Assembly (NCBI GenBank): GCA_964016885.1
Contig: OZ024756.1
Location: 18,848,001 to 18,912,000, forward strand
Length of the DNA stretch: 64,000 nt
Direction: 5' to 3'
From: Eledone cirrhosa
Lineage: Eukaryota
Within the stretch, counting starts at the first letter, position 1, and each line of letters starts with the position of its first letter. The notes under the pieces are model-generated. The model was not told the origin of the DNA. It searched no databases and saw only the letters and a list, made by a program, of their open reading frames with translations. Of this stretch, positions 54,925-64,000 are shown piece by piece. The translations under genes were made by a program, and so were the position numbers.

Positions 54925-55533
54925 GTCAGGTCATCAGTTGGTGCTACTGGTAACATGTATCCCAGTACAACCTGTCTCATGGTCGGGTCGTTGGCGACTA
55001 AACTGGCAACCCCACCAAGGTTTCTTGGTGAGGAGGGTGACTTTGGACATCCTGCAGGACTAAAAACAAAACCTGTCAAAGGGCAAAGGAGCTCTTAAGA
55101 GTCAATGTCCATCCAAAATCACTGGGAGAGATGACCCCTTAGCCTTTGTCAAGGCAGAATTCTAGGAGAAGGAAAACTCTGATATAACACCTGCAACCCT
55201 GATGGTATCCAATGATGTTGACTTGTTCTTCTTTTTGGTAAATATCATCTTGGTTAAGAAAGTGGGACTGGCTTTGTGCAGTGCCTTTGCTCACTATAAA
55301 AGCTTCACGGCACAGGCATTGCTTTATATCTGGAGATCTCTCTGCACTTGTCATCACATGGTACCATGAGCCCAGCACTATGTGTCAATAATTGTCACAA
55401 GTGTAGTATTTGTACCAGAGTTTACAAGTCGCTGGTTGGACTAAAAAGTCACACTCGTTTAGCGCATCGGTAGAAGTTCTCCTATATGGATATAAAGTAG
55501 TGGCCGTACTCGAAAACGAGTTGGCAGCCACCA
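54925..55533 (+). mobile_element. Non-autonomous bipartite RTE(BovB-like) element of about 610 bp
   Basis: RTE 5'UTR-like CTAGGAGAAGGAAAACTCTGA (55162-55183); C-terminal C2H2 finger CHKCSICTRVYKSLVGLKSHTRLAHR* (55393-55473); GGCAGCCACCA end with TATG tail; no RT. Confidence 0.75.
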
Positions 55534-55539
55534 TATATG

Positions 55540-55594
<55 letters not shown>

Positions 55595-55897
55595 AATGAC
55601 TTCTACACGACTAGAACTGTTTCATTCCTTTGGAATCGTCAGGCATATATATGTAATTACAATAAATGTGAATTTCTGTGCGTTTCCAGTTGTTTGGGAG
55701 GCAAAAAGAAATATATTTATTTATGCATGTTTGTATCATTTGCATGTCAAGAATGTAGTTTTACCTTTTTATGCATTTGTATACATCACGAAACACATGC
55801 ACACACTCCCATACTAGTAGAACACTGTCCGGTTTCTGCTAATATGCATGCATGGTTCTGTAACTCCTGAGCGAGTCGTAGTGGGCGCCATATTGGA

Positions 55898-56185
55898 ATA
55901 CGGCGTTTCTACAGCATTTCTTTAAACCTGACGGAAACCATCATCTTTCCAGGTCTGAATACAGCAGATTTCTTCCAGAGAAGAATAGATAGAAAGTGAG
56001 AGAGAATGGAAATGAGAAAGATATACTGGGGAAGAATCTACCCCAGTACTTAGACTGGTACTAGTTCATCGACCTTGAATGGGTGAAACGTAAAGTTGAC
56101 ATTGGCGAGATTTGAATTCAGAGAGCAGAAAGCTGAAACCAATATCGCAAAGCATTCTATCCAACGTTCTAACCACTCTGCCCAA
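55898..56185 (-). mobile_element. SINE-A-related subfamily with a long CT-rich 3' extension
   Basis: Homologous over about 280 bp to 59967-60254 and 60915-61181, all ending at ATACGGCGTTTCT. Confidence 0.75.
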
Positions 56186-56575
56186 TTGTGTGTGTTTATG
56201 TGTGTGATAGAAGGAAAAGTAGACATCATATGGGTGTGACAGAGAGAGGGAGGGAGGGAGAGAGAGTGAAAGAGACTTCCCATGGTTAAGATTCTGTCTA
56301 ACATATATATATGTAAAAGAGTCTATATCTTCTGCTAATATATGTATTTATTTATTTCTGCTAGAGTACAAATATATAAGGATTATGAATATAATTCCAC
56401 AGCTTCAGTTCTATTCAGGGAGAAAATGAACCTATAAAGTGCGTATGTGTTTCTAGCATATTACAGTTGAGACAAAATACAAAATGGCTGCTAGCATAAA
56501 ATTGATATTCTGTCAAAATGAGTTTATATTTACTTTGTGTCGTCTGCCAAGCTTGAAATTAAAATTCAATCCGTG

Positions 56576-56705
56576 TCTTAGACTTAGAAACTCCTGCCTC
56601 TTGAGACGAATGAGGCTGTCAAAGTGTTCCAATGGTCACGATCAGTTGTAACTCTCGATACATAGTTCCATCTTTTGTTGACGGATTTCAGGTTTCTCTG
56701 TGTGC

Positions 56706-56749
<44 letters not shown>

Positions 56750-57315
56750 ACGCGCGTGTGCATATGTATATGTGTGTGTGCGTGTGTGTATATGTGTGTG
56801 TGTGTGTGTTTCTGAGTGGTGGGGGCGTAGACTTAGAAGCTCCTGCGTCTTGAGATGTACGAGGCAGCGAAAGTGCTCCAATGACCACGATCAGTTGCAT
56901 CTATCAATACATCGTTCCAACTTTTGTTGACGGATTCTAGGTCTCTGTCGATTGTCTGTCGCCAGTTTATCTTTCCATGGGGCGGGGGGGGGGGGGTACC
57001 AATACAAGACCTGATTAGCATGTCTGTCATTTGGAAGTCTTGTGACGTGTCCCAACCAACCAAGTCTACGTTTGCATATGAAGTGAGATACACTATGTTC
57101 GTGGGTTCGTTGACGGACTTCTTTGTTGGTGATGAAGTCATCCCACTTGATGCCAAGGATTTTCCGTAGGCATTTAGAGTCAAAATCATCTAAATAGTTC
57201 TCTTGGCTGGTTTTCACACTCCCTGTTTCGCATCCATACAGGAGCGTCGAAAGCACATTAGTGTTGTAAAATCTCATCTTGGTACCAAGCGAAAGATGTT
57301 TGCTTCTCCAGATCT
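56576..57315 (-). mobile_element. RTE-clade LINE 3' fragment (56830-57315) plus a second diverged 3' tip (56576-56699)
   Basis: LSLGTKMRFYNTNVLSTLLYGCET...FDSKCLRKILGIKWDDFITNKEV...RRLGWLGHVTRLPNDR, a classic RTE post-RT domain; frameshift at the poly-G run. Confidence 0.92.
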
Positions 57316-57469
57316 CGTGTTATCACATAATGTTTCAAAATCCACGTAAAGCCTCCAATAGAATCATTCTATACCCTGTTGTTGTTGTTATTGTTGGATC
57401 TCAGTTGATTGTAACGACGAGTTTTACAGTTGTTTAAATAGGGGGACCGACTGCTCGAGAAGCTGGCGT

Positions 57470-57782
57470 GCTATGGCTGAGTATTCTACAGACATATGTA
57501 CTCTTAACGAAGTTCTCAGAGAGATTCAGTGTGACACAGTGTGTGAGGGTGATAAGGCTAGCTGAGCATTCCACAGACACGTGTACTCTTAACGTAATCT
57601 CGGGGAGATTCAGCACGACAATGTGTGCGATAAGGCTGGCTGATCAATTCACAGACACTTGTACTCTTTATGCAGGTCTCAGGGAGATTCAGCATGACAC
57701 AGTGTGTGTAGCCAGGCTGGTTGAGCATTCCACAGACACGTGTACTCTTAACGTAGTTCTCAGGGAAATTCAGCATGACAGT
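57470..57782 (+). repeat. Four tandem diverged copies of a repeat module of about 80 bp
   Basis: GAGCATTCCACAGACACGTGTACTCTTAACGTA.TTCTC.GGGAGATTCAGC.TGACA; a single dispersed copy at 39694-39800. Confidence 0.85.
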
Positions 57783-57889
57783 ATATAACACATTTTTGTC
57801 AACTGTGTGGCCTGAGGCAACTATTTCTGTTTCAGACATTTTAATTGAGTTTAAAGCACATTTTAAGGTTACTGCCAACCCTATATGTG

Positions 57890-58185
57890 TGAAGGCACGC
57901 GGCCTAGTGGTAAGGGTGCTGGCCATACGATCGTAATGTCGTGGGTTCGAGTCCTGGACTGGGTTGAGTGTTGTGCCCTTGAGCAAAACACTTCATTTCA
58001 CGTTACTCCAGTATACTCAGCTGAAAATGAGTACCAGCAATAGCTGGGGATTTAACCTTGCGATGGACTGGCGTCCTGTCCGGGTTGGAGGAGGGGTGTC
58101 TTGTACTTTCAGTGGCTTCACGCGATGAAACCGGGATAAGCACCGGCCCAACGCGCCGCTTGCAGAACACGAGGGGACATGCATG
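57890..58185 (+). mobile_element. Full tRNA-derived CORE-like SINE (SINE-B)
   Basis: A box GGCCTAGTGGTAAGG, B box GGTTCGAGTCC, CORE-like CCTTGAGCAAAACACTT...CTCAGCTGAAAATG, then GCGATGGACTGGCGTCCTGTCC. Confidence 0.87.
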
Positions 58186-58277
58186 CATGCCAACCCTATA
58201 GCTGATGTTAACTAAGCTTTTAGTCTCCTATAAGTGCCTGAGCAGCTAAACATATTTTGAGTGGACATAGCTTGCAC

Positions 58278-58427
58278 AGAACTACCCTACCTCCACATCC
58301 CTTTACGATCTGAGTTCAAATCCCGCCGAGGTTGACTTTGCCTTTCATCCTTACGGGGTCGATAAAATAAAGTACCAGTAATGTACTGGATAATTGCTGG
58401 CCTGGTGCCTAAAGTAGAAACAATTAT
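58278..58427 (+). mobile_element. SINE-A, 5'-truncated
   Basis: Homology to 6513-6703. Confidence 0.88.
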
Positions 58428-59085
58428 TTGGAGCAGTGAAAAACAATTACACGCAAAGACAAAACCACGTTTATGGTATAAAAGAAGTCGTAGACTAATA
58501 TTCTCTTAGGTGGTTCATAGAGACGTTCTCTGGCAATGAACGGAAAAAACGAAGATAATACGTCATATGTGGAGCGTGGAGAACAATTGCACGTAAATGG
58601 TATAACTGAAGTCGTAGACTAAAATTCTAACTAGGAAACCGAATGATTCTCGGTTTCAGAGTTAAGAATAAATTAAATAAAAAACAGAGGTAATTGAAAT
58701 TAAAAAATACATACACGCATCCATATACGTCAATACACAAGCATACGCGAAAACACTCGCCATAGGTATACAAATACACGCACATATAAATATGTGTGTG
58801 TGTGTGTGTGTGTATACAAATAATTAAATAAACGTATATAAATAAATAAATAAATACGTATATAACAAGCGCACACACATACCTACATGTAAATACACAT
58901 ATGTTCGGAGACGTACGTCAACCAAAACACAAAGTACACATATACACACACCCTACATACGTACGAACCCGCATACTCACACAGACGCAAAACTCACATA
59001 TACACATAACCAAAAGCGTAAAGATCTTTTCCACTAAAAGCATGAAATGGACGGACGGACATACATACATACATACATACATACA

Positions 59086-59596
59086 TGGTGGCTGCCAACT
59101 CGTTTTCGAGTACGGCCACTACTTTATATCCATGTAGGAGAACCCCTACTGATGCGCTGAACGAGTGTGACTTTTTAGTCCAGCCAGCGACTTGAAAACT
59201 CTGGTACAAACACTACACTTGTGACAATTATTGACACATAGTGCTGGGCCCATGGTACCCTGTGATGACAAGTGCAGAGAGATCTCCAGATATAAAGCAA
59301 TGCCTGTGCCGTGAAGCTTTTATAGTGAGCAAAGGCACTGCACAAAGCCAGTCCCACTCTCTTAACCAAGATGATATTTACCAAAAAGAAGAACAAGTCA
59401 ACATCATTGGATACCATCAGGGTTGCAGGTGTTATATCAGAGTTTTCCTTCTCCTAGAATTCTGCCTTGACAAAGGCTAAGGGGTCATCTCTCCCGGTGA
59501 TTTTGGATGGCCATTGACTCTTAAGAGCTCCGTTGCCCTTTGACAGGTTTTGTTTTTAGTCCTGCAGGATGTCCAAAGTCACCCTCCTCACCAAGA
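59086..59596 (-). mobile_element. 5'-truncated copy of the bipartite RTE-like element in (TACA)n
   Basis: Near-identical reverse complement of 55023-55533. Confidence 0.88.
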
Positions 59597-59966
59597 TACA
59601 TACATACATACATACATACATACATACATACATACATACATACATACATACATACATACAACTGGGTGCTGTTTTCAGCATCCAAATTTCCCTCATATCA
59701 CACCATAAAGACATTAGAAATGCATTTAATCATAGGTCAGCTTGATCGGAGCCGATCTGTAACTAAACAACAACTAAAACTGTATAAAATCATGGGCTGA
59801 ACTTTAGAAAACGTTTGTATGCTTTTACTGCTCTTCTTACAGACTAGTTTTGTAGAAGGCGAATTGAGAACTTCGGCTTTGTAAGGTTTATTACTTAAAT
59901 ATATAACATAGTATGTATGTATGGTCCCGTAACTCCTGATAGAGTTATAGGGGCATCGTATTGACA

Positions 59967-60254
59967 TACGGCGTTTCTTGGGCATTTAAAGTCTGGCGGA
60001 GCCCATCCCTCTCCAGACCTGAGTACAGCAGATTTCTTCCTGAGAAAGATAGAAAGCGAGAGAGAGGGAAAATGAGAAAGAGATATAGAGGAAAAATCGA
60101 TCCAGTACTAGACTGGTACTTTTTTTTCGACCTTGAAAGGATGGAAGGCAAAGTTGACCTCGGGAGAACTTAAACTCAGAGAGTAGAGAGCCGGAACGAA
60201 TACCATAAAACATTCTATCCGACGTTCTAACGACTTTGCCAACCCACCGCCTTA
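59967..60254 (-). mobile_element. Extended-tail SINE subfamily, full copy
   Basis: Begins AAGGCGGTGGGTTGGCAAAGTCGTTAG on minus; homologous to 55898-56185. Confidence 0.8.
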
Positions 60255-60914
60255 ACATAGACAGCTGCTCTAATAATTCTAATTAGAAATTTGAATCCGT
60301 ATAAGCAGAATATATAAGCTATAAGATCAGATGTAATTGAAGATAAATGTTTTCCTTTTTAAAGGTTTTAGACGTAATAATTCTTATAGGTTGGGCTAGT
60401 AGTTTCCAGTACCGTGAATGTCTTAGGGTGTGCATTTATCATTTCAAAGAATTATGAGAGTGGTACATTAGCAGAATCGTTAGAGCGTCGGATAAAATGC
60501 CTTGCAATCATTTAGTTACGATCCTTTACGTTCTAAGTTCAAATATCATTCCAGGGTCGATAGGATCGATAAAATAAGGTACCAGCCACCTACTGGAATC
60601 AATATAAGCGACTCTTCACTCCCTACGAATTTTTGGTCTTATGCCTAAATAAAAAATCGTTATATCAAAGAATTATTCTAATCCAGAAGTTTTGATAGGA
60701 ATATTTCACCAAAATGTATACCTAAAGCTACAGACGTTTCTATAACAGTCTCCAGGTGTGTCTATGACAGTCTACAGACGTGTCTATAGTCTACAGACAT
60801 TTCTATGATAGTGAGATTCTACGACAAATCTTTCTAAAATTAACACTGTACAATAACATTAGGGCAACTGTAAATCATGGGCGACATCTTTTTTTCACAA
60901 ACTTCACGAAGCCA

Positions 60915-61181
60915 TACGGCGTTTCTTGGGCATTTTAAGCCTGGCGGAGCCCATCTACTCTCCAGATCCGTGTACAGCAGAATTCTTCCAAAGAAGGATA
61001 GAGAGAGTGAGAGAGAGGAAGTGAGAAAGAGATGTAGGGGAAGAATCGATACCAGTACTAGACTGGTACTTTTTTTATGAATCTCGAAAGAATGAAAGGC
61101 AAAGTTGACTTCGGTGGGATTTAAACTCAGAGAGGAGAGAGCCGAAACGAATACCGCAAAGTATTCAATCCGACGTTCTAA
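60915..61181 (-). mobile_element. Extended-tail SINE subfamily copy
   Basis: Homologous to 59967-60230. Confidence 0.8.
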
Positions 61182-61339
61182 GGTTATATTTTATCCTTTT
61201 ATTCTCCTTAACTTGAATTAATGGTCTTCGATATTTGTCCACAGTTCTGTCATATGATTATATTTCATTAATATCAAATTTCCTGTAAATATTAATTGTA
61301 TTAAACAAAATACGAAGAAGAGAGTCTCTAATATAATTA

Positions 61340-61450
61340 TAGTGGTAAGAAACTCTCAGAGGTTAAGGCCCGAAATACCTGCTTGGGATGTGTGTCGTTC
61401 TTTTCTGAAGGCTCTCTGCTGTTCAGCTCTCCTGACAGTTTCTTACCACT

Positions 61451-61451
<1 letters not shown>
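61340..61451. repeat. 112-bp segment bounded by 20-bp inverted repeats
   Basis: TAGTGGTAAGAAACTCTCAG / CTGACAGTTTCTTACCACTA (1 mismatch). Confidence 0.7.
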
Positions 61452-61511
<60 letters not shown>

Positions 61512-61646
61512 TATATATATTTCAAACAAGATACAAAAAAAAGAGAGTAAATAATATTGATATTTTTTGTCAGGGTTATAATAGTTCCATCTTTATTTTC
61601 ATGAATAAATTGAAAGTTCTACTTGATTGATGGTTCGATCAATATG

Positions 61647-61688
<42 letters not shown>

Positions 61689-62756
61689 TTTTATTCGTGT
61701 TCACATAACTGGAGTCGGATCTTGAAATTTTTGGGAAATACTTTGCTTGCATTAATTGCTTCATTTCGCTCTGATCGATCTACAAGATCCCATACCTTAT
61801 TTGCTTGCCGAATGGGGTGGACCTCGTCAAATTAGACCAAGGAAACTTATAGTAAAGATACAATATTACAAGGTTGGACTTTTATAATATTGGAGACAAT
61901 AGTCGTTGTGGTCTCTGTCTACAGAGATGACGACCAGGAGTTTGTCAATCATTCAAGAAGTAAGGATTTGTTTTACTATCGTTGTTTGAGATACTACACT
62001 AAACCCTGTGATCCAGCAATACTGTTCAGGGATTTATCCGATTGAATAGTTTTATACAAGCGTATATATCCTTTTGCATATGAGTTAGTATGTCAACGAG
62101 TTTAGATTATTTTGTATTTTAGTTTTTATCAACAAGGTGTTTTTATCAACAGGTGTTTTTTCCCCCCATTTTTATAAAACGCACTTAAGTATTTGATCTG
62201 AGAGTTTGAGACGAACTTAGAATTGATGATATTTCGTTCATATATATTTCGTCGATGACACGGTTTCTCAGTTCATACTTGCTTATTAGAAGTTTCTCCT
62301 CTCGAAATTCCATGTAGTCTTGAAGGGGATTTCCCTTAAGTCGTAGATAATGAGTAAACAATTTCTTGTTTTATTTAAACCCGATGACAAATGAATGCAA
62401 TTACGAATACTTAAAGTAAAAAAACGGATGGACGAATAACTAACTGCCTTTGTCGTTTCTAGTTTAGTTGAGCCACAACCAACAGAAGTAGAGTTGTTCT
62501 CTAAAAGACAAGAATATTCTGTTAAGAGTTTTAGACAAAAATAACTTCTTTGAATGCTGATTCTTTTTTCTTTTCTAATGATTAATTGAAGTGTGTACTA
62601 TAATTAAATTGGAAGAATCTAAACTTCTAAAGATAACAGCTAAACATTCGGTGTTTTAACAAAGAAGGTTATTGATGATTTATATAACATTAAAACGAGT
62701 CGGCGTAAAACAAACTAGATTCTAGTTCAGCTGATCATATAAATATATATGTTGAA

Positions 62757-62795
<39 letters not shown>

Positions 62796-63020
62796 GTTGT
62801 ATGTGTGTGTGTATGCATATGTGTATATATGTATATATATAGAGAGAGAGAGAACGGCTTCTACAGGACTAGAACTGTTTCATTTGGGAGAATTCATCAG
62901 GAAAACTCACATACAACACACACCACAGACATATATATATATACGTGTGTGTTGTATGTGTGTTTATATATATATATATGTGTGTGTTGTATGTGTGTTT
63001 TCCTGATGATTTCTCCCGAA

Positions 63021-63657
63021 TATATACCTCTTCCATACACACCTTCCTACAACACCCATCTCTTTGCCAAAGCTGTATCTTCCCTTCTAGACGTACTAAC
63101 TACAATAGTGAAATTGTACTGTGTGTCTTTGTCTTTACTAAACACCTTAGTGAATGTGACTGACTGACTGTTGTCGTTAGAATAAATCTCAGAACAGGTT
63201 TGTTATTGAGAAAGGAATAATAGGATCCTATATAGCTATGAACAAGAAATCAACATATACACTCATCTGTTCATACATAGAATACGTATACACATACATA
63301 ATACACGCACACATATGCATATATATATATATACACACACATACAACATATATATATATGCATATGTGTGCGTGTATTATGTATGTGTATACGTATTCTA
63401 TGTATGAACAGATGAGTGTATATGTTGATTTCTTGTTCATAGCTATATAGGATCCTATTATTCCTTTCTCAATAACAAACCTGTTCTGAGATTTATTCTA
63501 ACGACAACAGTCAGTCAGTCACATTCACTAAGGTGTTTAGTAAAGACAAAGACACACAGTACAATTTCACTATTGTAGTTAGTACGTCTAGAAGGGAAGA
63601 TACAGCTTTGGCAAAAAGATGGGTGTTGTAGGAAGGTGTGTATGGAAGAGGTATATA
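63021..63657. repeat. 637-bp near-perfect palindrome
   Basis: Arms of about 310 bp with one visible mismatch; centre about 63339; mirrored ORFs 63228-63440(-) and 63238-63450(+). Confidence 0.96.
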
Positions 63658-64000
63658 GATTTAAAAATCTACAGACTATATTTAACATCGGCTGAAACCG
63701 TAAATAAACGTTGATTAGCGAAGTGTGTACATACGATATAAAAGCTCTTCAGCTTAGTACCAAATAACAAAAATGAATAATTATGTAGGTGGTTCCTTTA
63801 TCAGAGAACAAAAGCCCCATTCTTTCGATAAAATACCAAGTGACTTGATCTGAGATTATCTCTTGAAATTGAAGCAATTATGTCGTGGAAGAGTCATTTT
63901 AACCATTAAAAACCACATACAAACACAGAGTTATGTCTACTTTTTTTTATTTATATTGTGAGGTGGCAACATTTTCGTTGCACCTCTGTGGCCTTATAAT

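Noticed and set aside
57890-57970. tRNA gene (also 4960-5032, 8830-8900, 11843-11910)
   Set aside because: A and B boxes are present, but there is no clean cloverleaf and most continue into SINE bodies
61690-62700. Possible decayed LINE ORF on minus (KVWDLVDRSERNEAINASKVFPKNFKIRL)
   Set aside because: Only vague resemblance to CR1/L2 C-termini, with many stops; needs tBLASTx
63228-63450. Twin 70-aa ORFs on opposite strands
   Set aside because: A by-product of the palindrome, running through microsatellite

Overview
AT-rich eukaryotic DNA saturated with microsatellites. The SINE/LINE repertoire resembles a coleoid cephalopod, probably an octopus (inference from remembered repeat sequences, not a database search). 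Nearly all ORFs in the supplied track are artefacts of (TA)n, (CA)n, (TACA)n, (TAGG)n and trinucleotide repeats. The only convincing host coding segment is a 51-nt first exon at 19996-20046 (MALRLGPKGMDRAIQSK|gtaagc) resembling molluscan calponin/transgelin/MP20 N-termini. I found no second exon, so the rest of the window may be one long intron. The window also holds >20 copies or fragments of one tRNA-like SINE, CORE-like SINEs, 3' remnants of RTE, Tx1/L1 and R4/Dong LINEs, two MITE-like elements and several minisatellites. The most notable structure is a set of short, mutually unrelated elements, mostly within (TA)n tracts, that carry type I hammerhead ribozyme motifs (at least 7 families). 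Many have fold-back inverted arms centred on or near the ribozyme, consistent with 3' ends of Penelope-like retroelements. All structures were folded by eye and coordinates of degenerate repeats are approximate.
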